DNA of 60,810 bases, the filler included. It is 3 parts of 3 records of this genome, joined end to end, with 100 filler letters (N's around TTAATTAATTAA, not from the genome) between each part and the next. Parts side by side here need not be neighbours in the genome. Positions count along the whole stretch, not along the records: positions 1 to 26,462 come from SRR22947727_1396; 2 more parts are not named here. One strand, given 5' to 3'. Positions within the stretch are counted from its first letter, which is position 1. Each line of letters begins with the position of its first letter. Shown piece after piece: positions 10,828-21,408 of this stretch. The notes below the pieces were generated by a model. The model had not been told where the DNA came from. It did no database searches and saw only the letters and a program-made list of their open reading frames with translations. The position numbers were made by a program, and so were the translations under genes.

Positions 10828-11580
10828 ATGAAGAATCTTTCGACCCTTTTTGCGCTCCTAATTCTAGCTCTGAATTCTACATCGTTTGCTCAGGATAAGG
10901 GCAAAAGTTTGGCAATTTCACCGGCGTTGCACCCCGGAACAGAAAAGCGGCATGAGTCTTTTAATGAAATTTCGAAACTCGGCGAAGCGCCGCTTGTTTT
11001 TCTTGGGGATTCCATCACTCAAGGCTGGAATGGCAAAGGGAAGGCAGCCTGGGAAAAATATTGGGTGCCATTGGGTGCGGCAAACTTCGGCATCGGCGGC
11101 GATCGTACCGAACACGTTCTCTGGCGTCTCCAAAACGGAAATTACGACGGCCTTTCCCCCAAACTGACAGTCCTCATGATCGGGACGAATAACACCGGGC
11201 ATCAGGGACGAGCCATGAAAGAACACGCCGGAGCGATCTACAACAGCACGCCGCAAGAAACCGCAGAAGGGGTCACCGAAATCGTCAAGTTGCTCCAAAA
11301 AAAGCAGCCGCAGATGAAAGTTCTGATCCTCGCGATTTTCCCACGAGGCGCGAATAACGAAGACCCAAAACGGAAGCAGAACGAAACTGCTAACCAACTG
11401 ATCTCCAAATTGGCCGATGAAAAGACGGTCTATTTCATGGACATTAATCAAGCGTTTCTTGAGGAAGACGGCACGCTGTCGAAAAAAATCATGCCGGACT
11501 TGCTTCATCCAAATGCGGGCGGATACGAAATTTGGTCCAAAGAAATCATGGCCAAAGTGAAGTCGCTGATTGCAGATTGA
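10828..11580 (+). CDS. SGNH/GDSL hydrolase (PAF-acetylhydrolase-like)
   Basis: GDSIT, NFGIGGD, IGTNN, DLLHP blocks; signal peptide from ATG 10828. Confidence 0.9.
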   Translation: MKNLSTLFALLILALNSTSFAQDKGKSLAISPALHPGTEKRHESFNEISKLGEAPLVFLGDSITQGWNGKGKAAWEKYWVPLGAANFGIGGDRTEHVLWRLQNGNYDGLSPKLTVLMIGTNNTGHQGRAMKEHAGAIYNSTPQETAEGVTEIVKLLQKKQPQMKVLILAIFPRGANNEDPKRKQNETANQLISKLADEKTVYFMDINQAFLEEDGTLSKKIMPDLLHPNAGGYEIWSKEIMAKVKSLIAD

Positions 11581-11773
11581 GCGGCTTATTCCGATAATCA
11601 GCGAAAATACGCCCGGCAGGAATCGAACCTGCACTTTCGGCTCCGGAAACCGATGTAATATCCATTTTACTACGGGCGCGTTTTTTACGGGCGGTAAACT
11701 GTTCCTTTACACCCTGATTCGCAAGCAATATCGTCCTGCGCTGTCGATTTTTGCGACAGAGAACTTTTGCCCG

Positions 11774-12568
11774 ATGTCAGAATCCCAACAGAACCAAAAA
11801 AGTAAGGTCGTTATCAAGATCGGCAGCGGCGTGCTTGCGCATGAAGAAGGAGCGCGGCTCAACTTCGCAATGATTGCCCGATTGACTGAAGGCATCGCAA
11901 GAATCAATGCGGCGGGGCATCAGGTGATCGTTGTTTCTTCGGGAGCTGTAGCTGCGGGATTGTCCTCGTTTGACCTCAAATCACGCCCCGAAGATACCGG
12001 GATGCTTCAGGCTTGCGCGGCGGCGGGACAAGCTCGGCTGATGCAGGTTTATGAAAATCAGTTCTCGAATTATGACCTGAAAATCGCCCAGATTTTACTG
12101 ACGTTAGAGGATTTTGGCGATAACCGCCGTCGGGAAAATGTCGTTGCGATGATGTCTCATCTACTTCGATTTCCTAAAGTCATTCCGATCGTGAACGAAA
12201 ACGATTCGGTTGCGGTCTTTGAGCTCAAATTCGGCGACAATGACCACCTTTCCTCGGAAGTCGCTCAACTCATCGGAGCTGATCAGTTGATTTTACTCAC
12301 CTCTGTAAATGGCCTGCTCGCGCCTGATTCCACGGGACCAAACGACATCGTTCCCGTTGTCGACGATGTCGAATCTGTGATGAATTTTGCCAGCGACAAC
12401 TCAGGGAAGCTCTCTGTGGGTGGCATGAAAACGAAACTCGAAGCCATCAAAAAGACCGTCAATGCCGAGATCGAAACGCTGATCGCTTCCGGCCACAATC
12501 CCGAGCAATTGCTCGACCTCGTCGAAGGTCGTGGTATCGCAACGCGGTTTGCTCCTTCTAAAAAATAA
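11774..12568 (+). CDS. proB: Glutamate 5-kinase (no PUA domain)
   Basis: VVIKIGS, VSSGAVAAG, NENDSV, FGDND, GGMKTK motifs; adjacent to proA. Confidence 0.95.
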   Translation: MSESQQNQKSKVVIKIGSGVLAHEEGARLNFAMIARLTEGIARINAAGHQVIVVSSGAVAAGLSSFDLKSRPEDTGMLQACAAAGQARLMQVYENQFSNYDLKIAQILLTLEDFGDNRRRENVVAMMSHLLRFPKVIPIVNENDSVAVFELKFGDNDHLSSEVAQLIGADQLILLTSVNGLLAPDSTGPNDIVPVVDDVESVMNFASDNSGKLSVGGMKTKLEAIKKTVNAEIETLIASGHNPEQLLDLVEGRGIATRFAPSKK

Positions 12569-12577
12569 CGAATTCAC

Positions 12578-13846
12578 ATGACGTCCGAAGAAATCAAAAT
12601 CGAAGTCCTCGAAATGGGTAAAAAAGCCCGTGCGGCTTCTCATGGCCTCGCAAAATTGTCGACTGACGAAAAGAACGCGATTCTTCACGCGATGGCCGAT
12701 GGCCTGATGGCAGCGGAAGCAACGATTCTCGAAGAGAACGCGAAAGACATCGCCGCAGCGGAGGAAAATGGCCTCACCTCAGCGATGATCGATCGTCTGA
12801 AGCTCGATCCGGAGAGCCTCGCAGCTGTGGCCACTGGAATTCGCGACGTTGCGAATCTGCATGATCCCGTGGGCGAATTGCTCAAGGAATGGAGTCGCCC
12901 TAACGGACTTCGCATTCAGAAAAGACGTGTTCCCATCGGTGTGATCGGCATCATTTTCGAAAGCCGTCCGAATGTCACAGCCGACGCTGCAGTGCTGTGT
13001 TTCAAAACCGGAAACGCGACGATTTTGCGAGGCGGAAAAGAAGCGATCCACTCCAACCGAGCAATCGCCGACGCCTTGCAGGCCGGAGGCGCGAAAGCCG
13101 GTTTGCCCGACGCCAGCGTGCAGCTGATCCCTTTCACCGAGCGCGAAAGCGTTCAGCACATGGCGGAGATGGACAAGTATCTCGATCTCATCATCCCACG
13201 CGGCGGAGCCGGTTTGATCGAAGCCGTCGTCTCGATGGCGCGAATGCCGGTGATCAAACATTATGATGGAATTTGCCACGTGTTTATCGACAAAAACGCG
13301 GACCTCGAAATGGGGGTGAACGTGGCCATGAATTCAAAAATTCAAAAGCCGAGCGTTTGCAACGCACTCGAAACGCTACTGATTCATCGCGATGTCGCCG
13401 AAGAATTTTCGCCGCGAATTGCTGAAGTGCTCATGGCAAAAAATGTCGAGCTACGCGGCGACGAAACGTTTCAAAAACTCGCAGGAATCGACGGTGTCGT
13501 GCCCGCAACTGAAGAAGATTGGAAGACCGAATACCTTGATTACATCCTAGCGGTGAAAGTCGTCGATGACATCGATGCCGCGATCAATCACATCAATACC
13601 TACGGTTCGAAACACTCCGATTGCATCATCACCGAAGACGAAGTCGCGGCGGTTCAGTTCATGAACGAAATCGATTCGTCCGTCGTTTTCTGGAATGCCT
13701 CGACCCGATTTAACGATGGTGCCGAATTTGGATTCGGAGCCGAGATCGGAATTTCCACCGACAAACTGCACGCTCGCGGGCCCATGGCGCTCGAAGAATT
13801 GACGAGCTACAAATATCTCGCATTCGGCACTGGACAGCTGAAGTGA
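12578..13846 (+). CDS. proA: Gamma-glutamyl phosphate reductase
   Basis: IFESRPNVT, IIPRGG, VCNALETLL, NASTRFNDG, EIGISTDKLHARGP motifs. Confidence 0.97.
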   Translation: MTSEEIKIEVLEMGKKARAASHGLAKLSTDEKNAILHAMADGLMAAEATILEENAKDIAAAEENGLTSAMIDRLKLDPESLAAVATGIRDVANLHDPVGELLKEWSRPNGLRIQKRRVPIGVIGIIFESRPNVTADAAVLCFKTGNATILRGGKEAIHSNRAIADALQAGGAKAGLPDASVQLIPFTERESVQHMAEMDKYLDLIIPRGGAGLIEAVVSMARMPVIKHYDGICHVFIDKNADLEMGVNVAMNSKIQKPSVCNALETLLIHRDVAEEFSPRIAEVLMAKNVELRGDETFQKLAGIDGVVPATEEDWKTEYLDYILAVKVVDDIDAAINHINTYGSKHSDCIITEDEVAAVQFMNEIDSSVVFWNASTRFNDGAEFGFGAEIGISTDKLHARGPMALEELTSYKYLAFGTGQLK

Positions 13847-13851
13847 TTTTT

Positions 13852-13910
13852 AGATTTCACGAAGCAACAGTATCCATTCGATGAACAGACCCTGTTCGTT
13901 CGTGAAATCT
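13852..13910. repeat. Palindromic REP-like element between convergent genes (may act as terminator)
   Basis: AGATTTCACGAA...TTCGATGAAC...TTCGTGAAATCT imperfect inverted repeat. Confidence 0.8.
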
Positions 13911-13912
13911 GA

Positions 13913-14116
13913 TCAGCGATACATTCCCCACCAGTCGGAGATTTTAAACCAGAAACGGTCGCCGTGCTTGTAGGCGAGGTAGCCGAATAACAGAGAAATT
14001 AAGACAAACAGGCCTGTCGAAAGTCCCAAGCCTAAACAAAGAAGGACGCCGAATCCTGATCCGCAAATGAAGCGAATAATGCCTTCGGTTTTGGTCACCG
14101 GATGCCCGGTGTTCAT
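13913..14116 (-). CDS. Small membrane protein
   Basis: Start overlaps stop of PEP-CTERM gene; hydrophobic stretch followed by HGDRFW. Confidence 0.55.
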   Translation of the reverse strand: MNTGHPVTKTEGIIRFICGSGFGVLLCLGLGLSTGLFVLISLLFGYLAYKHGDRFWFKISDWWGMYR

Positions 14117-14754
14117 GCAGGCTGGCGAGTTTTGCGACGGAAAAGTAGGCACGTGAGGCCAAATCCAAGAAGGATCACACCGCCGGGCTCGGGAACGGCT
14201 TCAGTTTGGATGTCGAACGAACCGAGGTTGTTCGAAATGCCGGACTCCTGACCGGTGTAATTGGAATTCACAGCACCGATCACGGCGGTGAGATTGACAT
14301 CGCTCAGCAAAAATTCGGACACGTCGGGATCGGTCGGTTGGGCAGATGGATAGAGCCAATTCACACTTGTAAGTAAAATCACTTCGGCATTGGCATCGCC
14401 CAATGCTCCGTTGGTTCCCCAAATGTAAGCATGGTCTCCAGCATCGAACGTTAAATTGTCGGTGATATTAGAGCTGCCGGTGAACCAATTGTTGGCGCCG
14501 TCGTCGAAGGTGGTGCTGTCCAGCGTCGACCAGTGAGAAATCCAATCGGAATAATTCGCACGGGTTGCCGAGGGGAGAAAATCATCGAATCCACCTAAAT
14601 AAAATGTGTAACTTGAATCCAACGCAACTCCAGCACTGTCGAAGCTGGACGTGGGGGTTTGGATAATTTCGAAGCCCCAATCAATCACATCAGCCCGGGA
14701 AATTCCGGCGCTGATGAAAAGAGCTGTGATGAGTGCAAAAATTCGATTTTTCAT
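14113..14754 (-). CDS. PEP-CTERM sorting domain protein
   Basis: Signal peptide; C-terminal VPEP + transmembrane helix + RRK. Confidence 0.92.
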   Translation of the reverse strand: MKNRIFALITALFISAGISRADVIDWGFEIIQTPTSSFDSAGVALDSSYTFYLGGFDDFLPSATRANYSDWISHWSTLDSTTFDDGANNWFTGSSNITDNLTFDAGDHAYIWGTNGALGDANAEVILLTSVNWLYPSAQPTDPDVSEFLLSDVNLTAVIGAVNSNYTGQESGISNNLGSFDIQTEAVPEPGGVILLGFGLTCLLFRRKTRQPA

Positions 14755-16172
14755 CGGGTGCGTTTGTTTGAACGATTAAAAAGAAGGTAGCGTCGGGAGG
14801 TTTTGTCGATTTGAGGCTCGTTAACATGAACTGGCTCCAAGCCGGTTTCCTGAAAAATTCCGGGGTCAGCAAATTCCATGGTTTCTTCAACGATTTCGGA
14901 TCGATTGATTTCCAAATCGACGGTATCGCGCGGCATTTCAGCGCCAGGATGGCTCGGTATGATGTGCGGCTGAATGAAAATGAGCAGCTCCTCGCGGCGC
15001 GTCCGTTTGTCGGTTGAACCCAGCATTTTTCCCAGAATTGGAATGCGCCGAATCACGGGAAGGCCGGTCGATTCTTCTTCCTCGCGCTCGGTAATGAGTC
15101 CTCCGAGAACGATGGTTGAACCGTTGTTTACCGAAACGGTGGTGATCAATTCCTGAGTCGAAAGCGTCGGGATTTCGTTTCCGAAATATTCTGGCTACCG
15201 GTGATATTGTCGTTCAACTGAGCAATTTTCAGGGTGACCTGATCATCCGAATTGATCAGCGGGATGACCTGCAATTTCAGGACGACATCGCGACACTCGA
15301 TGTTCGAAGCGATCGATCCGGGGAATTGATTGTTTCCCAGCCCATTGCCGCCGGTGCTGGTCAGCGTCGAGAGCGGCACGGCAATTCGCTGACCGCTTCA
15401 AATGGTAGCCTTCACGTTTTTTTGCGCATAAATTCTGGGCCGCGAGAGGATACGGAAGCGGGTGTCGCGGGTGAACAAATTGATCATTCCATTCACCAAC
15501 GCGTCGTCGCTGCCAAACATCATTTGCCCATAGACAGACAATCCGCCAGTTGCTCCTGAAAAGGCTGAAGAGGAAGCCAAACTCGCAATGTCAGCAATCG
15601 GGTTCGCCGTTCCGTCAGCGCCGCCTTTCAAAAACGATCCGGCACCGGCAACGCTGCGATTATCGGAAACCTTAAAGCTATCCAGCGTCTGCAACGCATT
15701 CAACGCGTAGCCGAAATCGTCGCCCAAATTGAGCTGGCCAATCACGGTCGAGATGTAAACCTGGCGTGGCTGGATATCGATTTCATCGATGAGTTTTTCG
15801 ACGATTTCGAGGTGCTCCGGCGAACCTGATACGATCAGCGAATTGGCCTGCGGATCGGCGATTAAAAGCGTATTTCTGACGACGTAACTTTGAGGCTGGC
15901 CGCGTTCTTCTGTCTCAGAAAGTCTGATCGGGTGCGGTTATTTGCGAACTCCAACCAGCTCCGGCCCCACCAGAAAAACCGGTGTTTTGGATGCCTGAAT
16001 TTTGTCCGCCGAGATTTGGAGCGTTTGCGGCATCGAGTAGATTGTCTCCTTTTTCGATATCGGTTCCGCGAGCCAACGCATTGTAAAAAGCGGGCAAATA
16101 CTCGGCGACGGAAACGTGATTGAGCGTCCGTTTCAGAAAATTAACGCCATCGCCGGGCTGATCGATGAACAA
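14751..16172 (-). pseudogene. Disrupted GspD/PilQ-type secretin
   Basis: Secretin motifs (LIADPQANSLIV, QVYISTVI, ILSRP, TIVLGGLI, GLPVIRRIPILG, ELLIFIQP) split over several ORFs by frameshifts near 15920 and 15180 and an in-frame TGA at 15398-15400; 5' part missing. Confidence 0.85.
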
Positions 16173-16190
16173 ACCTTATTGGTTCGTGAC
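16161..16190. repeat. Half copy of palindromic repeat at the secretin truncation point
   Basis: ATCGATGAACAAACCTTATTGGTTCGTGAC matches repeat centre and right arm. Confidence 0.7.
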
Positions 16191-16275
16191 GCTCTTGTTT
16201 TGTCCTTCGTTGACAGACAGGGGCGAAGTCCGTAACTTGCATGCTTCGAATTGGAGGAGAGTAACGCTTATTTCA

Positions 16276-17454
16276 ATGGCTGAGGACATGTTATCACCCC
16301 GGTCTGACTATGGTCGGACTTTTATAACCGCAATGTGGGTTCTGGGAGCAATCGCAGGACTGCAAGTTGCTGCGGTAAGTTGGGCTGTGTTGACGAAAAA
16401 ACCCCGCCAACCCATTGCGTCGCAACGATTAACTCCACCAGCTGTTGAACCTGAGACGCCGGCAATCGCAGTTGCTCAAAATCCAGTGAATCAACAGACA
16501 TCTGTGATTCCGCCGATCAATCTTGGAACGCCAGATTTGAAGCCACCAACTCAACCTGCCAGTGTGTTGCCCGGCCCAGCTTTTCAAATGCCGGATATTC
16601 CGCCGGCTCCACGACAATCTGATCCCAATGCCCCTCAACCGCTTGGCACGGCTCTCGCTTCAACCGCATTGGAAAGTCACCCGGCTCACAAAATCGAAGA
16701 TCGATTGGTTTCAGCCATGGTTGTTGCCGGAGAAGAGCTTCGCGGAACCGGAAATATGCAGAGTGCTTTAAAATCCTTGCGGGACGCAGAAGAGGCCCTG
16801 CCGAATCATCCACGCATCCTCGCTGAACTTGCAGGGACCTTCAGCCAAATGGGGCTGGAAGAGAAAGCGCTCGATTATTGGAAGCAAATTTACAAACTCG
16901 GTGAATCCAATGCGGGCGGTTACTACGCGCTTGCTGAAATGGCATTGAAAGGAAACATGATGACTTCCGCAGCTGGAACAACGGCCGCGGTTTTGAGCAT
17001 CAAAAATGTCGAGGTGAAGAGATCTCCCATCGATCCAAAAACAGGAGAAAAAGTGACACTACGAGTGACTGTTGATGGCGACTCCAAGGTCCGGCCTTCC
17101 GGAGAAGAAATGGAGATGTCGGTCTATTTTTTCGATAAAGTGGACGGAAAACTGATCGATTCGACAACGGCGGACACGAAACAGGATTACCCAACGGCGC
17201 CCTACGATTGGCAGGGTGGCTCATCAGAATCGGTCGACGTCGTTTACAATCAGCCGGTTTTTACCGTTGAACAAAAACGGGAGCTTGGAAAAAGAGTTTA
17301 CTACGGGTATGTGATTGAGCTTTACTACCGCGAACAATTGCAGGATACCGTTGCTGAACCTCAGGAACTGCTCGAAATGCACGCAGAACCCGCAAGTAAC
17401 GACAGACCACTTGGCCCTGATGGGTCATTGTTTCCAGCTGGAATAAATGAGTGA
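16276..17454 (+). CDS. Membrane-anchored TPR-containing protein
   Basis: N-terminal TM helix, Pro-rich linker, TPR-like helices (AEEALPNHPRILAELAGTFSQMGLEEKALDYW), C-terminal beta domain. Confidence 0.7.
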   Translation: MAEDMLSPRSDYGRTFITAMWVLGAIAGLQVAAVSWAVLTKKPRQPIASQRLTPPAVEPETPAIAVAQNPVNQQTSVIPPINLGTPDLKPPTQPASVLPGPAFQMPDIPPAPRQSDPNAPQPLGTALASTALESHPAHKIEDRLVSAMVVAGEELRGTGNMQSALKSLRDAEEALPNHPRILAELAGTFSQMGLEEKALDYWKQIYKLGESNAGGYYALAEMALKGNMMTSAAGTTAAVLSIKNVEVKRSPIDPKTGEKVTLRVTVDGDSKVRPSGEEMEMSVYFFDKVDGKLIDSTTADTKQDYPTAPYDWQGGSSESVDVVYNQPVFTVEQKRELGKRVYYGYVIELYYREQLQDTVAEPQELLEMHAEPASNDRPLGPDGSLFPAGINE

Positions 17455-17527
17455 TTCTGCAACTCTTGCGGACGCTTCATTTCCCAATCTTCACTACACT
17501 TTTTTCTTTTCTTTCTAATAAATCATC

Positions 17528-19840
17528 ATGGATGGATCGACCACGACCCTGCTAATCGTTGACGGCTCACCGACTGATCGCGAAGCTTTAAAAGCTGCTG
17601 TCGGCGATTCCGTTGGACAAATCCACGAGGCGGCTTCACCTGAAGAAGCGTGGGCAAAGGCTGAAACCCTAGATCACCTGCACCTTGTGGTTGCGGGGAT
17701 CCCTGACGAAAACGGCCAGTCGATCTTCGAATTTAGAGACCGTTTGCGAGGAAAATTTGGCGATCTCCCAGCTGCGTTTTGTAGTCGGAACGACATGAGC
17801 GCCTATTACAGCAGCGTTTCGAAGGACGAAATGTTGTTCTACAAGCCGATCGATCAGCAAGTAATGCGAAATTGGCTCGGAGAAGTCACGGGCAAAAATG
17901 CAGCGGAAGCTCCTCCGGTTACCGATGACACCATCTCAATCCCTAATGCTCCCTCCTCAGAAACAGGCCCGCAGGCAGAGGCGGCACCGGAACCACTCCC
18001 TGAAGGCTCGCTTCCAGTTGGAACTGTTTTAGGCGATTATATTCTGAAACAGGTGATTCAAAGCGACAACGATTTCGCCCTTTATGAAGCGGAGCAAACG
18101 TCGATCAAACGTGATGTGGCGATTAAATTGCTCTACCGCAAGCACCGGAAAGATCCCGTGTGGGTCGGCGCTTTTGTTGAAGAAGCACGGGCCCGGGCGC
18201 TCATCAATCACCCGTCGATCTCGCTCGTTTACGAAGCCGCTCAGGAGCACGGCGTCAATTTTTACACACTGGAACTGATTGATGCCCCCAGCCTCGTCGA
18301 CCTTTCAAATCGCCGCGTCATGTTGGATGACGACGCACTGTGGAATATCCTCGAATCCGTCAGTAGCGCGCTCTGCTATCTGAAAGCCAACCAAATGCGG
18401 CATCGCCTCGTGGGGAGCGACACCATTTTTGTGGTGAATGATGATCAAGTCCGCATCGCCAACCCCGTCAAAAGTTCGAGGGCGATGGTGACTGTCGAAG
18501 AAGAACGTCAGCAAATGCGCTTGATCGGTGAGGCCATTCGCCCGTTCCTACGCCAGGGAAAAACAGATGCAGCCATTTTTACGATTCATGACCGCCTGAC
18601 ACAGGACCGAATCGATTCCATCAAAACTTCCGAGACCCTCAAAGAAGCCCTCCACACGACTGAAGCGGCCCCTGTTTTCACAGAGGCTGAAAAAGCTCGA
18701 ATCAATGAACAAAACTCCGATAAAACGGCCGTCATCGTCGGCGGGCTGGTCGGCGGACTCATTGTTATTGGGGCACTCGTTAGCTATTTCCTGTTTGGAG
18801 ATCGTCCCGTCGCACGTGATTTCTCGATTAGTCAACGCGTCTCAGCCGGCCCATCGATTTATCAAGATTCGGAAAAAGTGGAGGTGGGAGATTTCTGGAT
18901 GTCTCAGCACGAGGTGACCATTGCTCAATACGCCGAATTTTTGACCGATATCGCAGACAATCCTGCAAAATTTGATGAGGTAAAACACCCTTCTCAGCCG
19001 GTTGATAAGAAGTCATTCTCGCCAAAAGACTGGGCTGAAATCTATGGCAAGGCAGCGAAAGGCAAGAAATTCAAGTCCGTCCATATCGACATCAATTGCC
19101 CTGTTCTGAATGTGGAATGGTGGGATGCCTACGCTTATGCCCGATGGAAAGGCGGACGCCTACCTACCGTTCAAGAATGGGAAAAAGCATCACGTGGCCG
19201 GACTGGACAAGCCTATCCGTGGGGAGAGGAAGTTGATCTTACAATTTTCAACTCCGGCGCTGATTTAGAAGCCTCCGGAGAGGGCGAGGAAAAGAAAAAC
19301 CCCGGCGAAATCGATGGGTTTAAATACTGGGCTCCCGTTGATGCTCATCCTCAGGATTCCAGCCGGTACGACATTAAAAATCTCGCGGGTAATGTCACCG
19401 AATGGACCTCTTCATGGGATATTCACGCCAATAAACCTGACACAAAAGTCCCACTCAAACGGGGAGCTTGTTTCAAATATACCGAAGGGTTTGAGCTAAA
19501 AACCCGGCGATCTACCGAAGGCCCTGAAGACACAAACTTGTGGACCGGTTTTCGAATCGTTCATGATGCGGACCCTGAAACGGGAACACCGTCACCTCCG
19601 CCGCATACCGAAATCCCAAGCGGAGCCGCCGGAGTTGCAGCTCCCGCAGCTACTCCCGCTCCAGCGGCTGATGGAGAAGAAAAGCCTGCTGGAGAGCCTG
19701 CCGCAGCTGATGGAGAAACCATGGAACCGAAGCCAACTGGTGCAGCTGCCGACGCAACACCGGCCATAGAAGGCGTAGCAGTGACTGCTGAACCAGCCGC
19801 TCCGAAACCAGAGGAAAAACCAGCCCCGGATTCGCAGTAA
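17528..19840 (+). CDS. Degenerate receiver + Ser/Thr pseudokinase + TM + FGE/SUMF1-sulfatase domain protein
   Basis: REC-like N-terminus; kinase fold with VAIK but no HRD/DFG; FGE motifs PVLNVEWWDAYAYARW, RLPTVQEWEKA, AGNVTEWT, GFRIV. Confidence 0.8.
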   Translation: MDGSTTTLLIVDGSPTDREALKAAVGDSVGQIHEAASPEEAWAKAETLDHLHLVVAGIPDENGQSIFEFRDRLRGKFGDLPAAFCSRNDMSAYYSSVSKDEMLFYKPIDQQVMRNWLGEVTGKNAAEAPPVTDDTISIPNAPSSETGPQAEAAPEPLPEGSLPVGTVLGDYILKQVIQSDNDFALYEAEQTSIKRDVAIKLLYRKHRKDPVWVGAFVEEARARALINHPSISLVYEAAQEHGVNFYTLELIDAPSLVDLSNRRVMLDDDALWNILESVSSALCYLKANQMRHRLVGSDTIFVVNDDQVRIANPVKSSRAMVTVEEERQQMRLIGEAIRPFLRQGKTDAAIFTIHDRLTQDRIDSIKTSETLKEALHTTEAAPVFTEAEKARINEQNSDKTAVIVGGLVGGLIVIGALVSYFLFGDRPVARDFSISQRVSAGPSIYQDSEKVEVGDFWMSQHEVTIAQYAEFLTDIADNPAKFDEVKHPSQPVDKKSFSPKDWAEIYGKAAKGKKFKSVHIDINCPVLNVEWWDAYAYARWKGGRLPTVQEWEKASRGRTGQAYPWGEEVDLTIFNSGADLEASGEGEEKKNPGEIDGFKYWAPVDAHPQDSSRYDIKNLAGNVTEWTSSWDIHANKPDTKVPLKRGACFKYTEGFELKTRRSTEGPEDTNLWTGFRIVHDADPETGTPSPPPHTEIPSGAAGVAAPAATPAPAADGEEKPAGEPAAADGETMEPKPTGAAADATPAIEGVAVTAEPAAPKPEEKPAPDSQ

Positions 19841-19911
19841 CGAAAGCATTCGCCAACGGCGGCCAAAAACGCTAAGTTTGTCTGCGGAACAGGAAAGATT
19901 TTTTAAACGGT

Positions 19912-20832
19912 ATGAGCGGTTATCAGTGGAAACGACATTGGCAGGGACTTTTTTGGGGAATGATTGTGGCGATCGCGGCGAGCACCTCTGCGCGGCTTCA
20001 TGCTCAAATTGATGTCGATTTCAAACTCGCAAAGTCGACATACATTGCTCACGAACCCGTTGTCGGAGTCCTTTCGATCGTCAATCGGGCCGGTCGCGAC
20101 CTCGTTCTCTCGGGAAAAAACGGACAAAGTTGGCTCGATTTTCGAGTCGTTGATGGTCAGGGCCGCATGGTTACCCCCTCCGCAAACGCCCTTCCGCCGA
20201 AGCCCATTATTTTAAAAGCAGGTCAGCTATACAAAAAAAAAGTCGTCATCAATCAGACCTATCCAATGGGGCGGATTGGACTCTACCGCGTCAAACCCAC
20301 GGTCAATTTATCCCAGATCAATCGTGTTTTTACCACCGCGAAAAACGTCACCGCGACCATCGTTGAGGGCCAAAAAATGTGGGAGCAAACCTTTGGCGTT
20401 CCGCGAGGCTACGATGGCGAGGGAACATTTCGTGAATACGCACTCGTCACTCAGCATCAGGGAAATCGTCAAAAGTCCCTGTATTTAAAGCTTACGGACG
20501 TTTCCAGCGGGCTCGTTCGAAAAGTCTATCCCATTGGCGACTACATGGGCATTCGGCCACCCGAAAAGATCGTCAATCGCGAAAACAAACTGCACGTCTT
20601 TCACATGAGTGGGCCAAAGTCATTCGTCTACAGCATTATTGGAGTCGATGGCGTCCCCATCGAGCAACAGGTCTACGTCGTCAAAGGTTCCAGCACACCA
20701 TCTATGGTAACCAATGCCGCCGGCGACATTGCTGTGATCGGCGGCATGACTCTCGAAGAGAGTCGCGAAACCTACGAAAGCCGCGAGTTCAGGAATATCT
20801 CTGAACGTCCTCCCGGCCTTCCCAATCTCTGA
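19912..20832 (+). CDS. Secreted hypothetical protein
   Basis: 306-aa ORF with signal peptide, co-directional with upstream genes. Confidence 0.7.
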   Translation: MSGYQWKRHWQGLFWGMIVAIAASTSARLHAQIDVDFKLAKSTYIAHEPVVGVLSIVNRAGRDLVLSGKNGQSWLDFRVVDGQGRMVTPSANALPPKPIILKAGQLYKKKVVINQTYPMGRIGLYRVKPTVNLSQINRVFTTAKNVTATIVEGQKMWEQTFGVPRGYDGEGTFREYALVTQHQGNRQKSLYLKLTDVSSGLVRKVYPIGDYMGIRPPEKIVNRENKLHVFHMSGPKSFVYSIIGVDGVPIEQQVYVVKGSSTPSMVTNAAGDIAVIGGMTLEESRETYESREFRNISERPPGLPNL

Positions 20833-20845
20833 TTCCGACCGTCTT

Positions 20846-21352
20846 TTACAAGACCTCGATCAATTCCACTTCAAAATTGAGCGTTTGTTTCGGCCCGATT
20901 TTCGGAGGAAAGCCTTCCAGCCCGTAGGCCAGGTAGTGAGGGATCGTAAAATAATACTTCGATCCTTCCTGCATCAGCTGCAGGCCTTCAGTCCAACCTG
21001 AAATCACGCCGTTCAAAGGAAACGAACTCGGCTCACCACGCTGAACGCTGCTGTCGAAAACAGTCCCATCTGGAAGCGTCCCATGATAGTGAACTTTCAC
21101 CTTATCAAAACTGCGCGGTCGCTTCCCCTTTCCGATTCGCATTGGGCGATACTGCAATCCTGAAGCCGTCGTGTACGTTTGGCCAACTACCGCAGCGGGA
21201 ATAGCAGGTCCAGCCGGTTCTGTGGCTACCGTCGTTGCAGATGCCGCTTGAAGCACAATCGGAGCGTCCTTGTTCAGGCAGCTGGAGAGAAAAAGAGCCG
21301 CCACAGAAGAGGCGGCCACTGTCAGGGTAGTTGAGATCTGTTTCAGTTTCAC
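20846..21352 (-). CDS. FKBP-type peptidyl-prolyl isomerase (lipoprotein)
   Basis: VKVHYHGTLPDGTVFDSS, VISGWTEGLQLM, LAYG, LNFEVEL motifs; lipobox LSSC. Confidence 0.95.
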   Translation of the reverse strand: MKLKQISTTLTVAASSVAALFLSSCLNKDAPIVLQAASATTVATEPAGPAIPAAVVGQTYTTASGLQYRPMRIGKGKRPRSFDKVKVHYHGTLPDGTVFDSSVQRGEPSSFPLNGVISGWTEGLQLMQEGSKYYFTIPHYLAYGLEGFPPKIGPKQTLNFEVELIEVL

Positions 21353-21408
21353 GTTGCGGGAAATGTAGGAACAGCGCGGTTTTAAATCAAGTGGTCAATT
21401 TTGTCCTC

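Noticed and set aside
15398-15400. TGA recoding in the secretin gene
   Set aside because: The same gene has frameshifts and a truncation, and TGA ends many intact genes here; pseudogenisation is simpler.
19650-19830. Short repeats (GCTGATGGAGAA, AGCCTGC) at the 3' end of the 770-aa gene
   Set aside because: They encode an ordinary Pro/Ala/Glu low-complexity tail.
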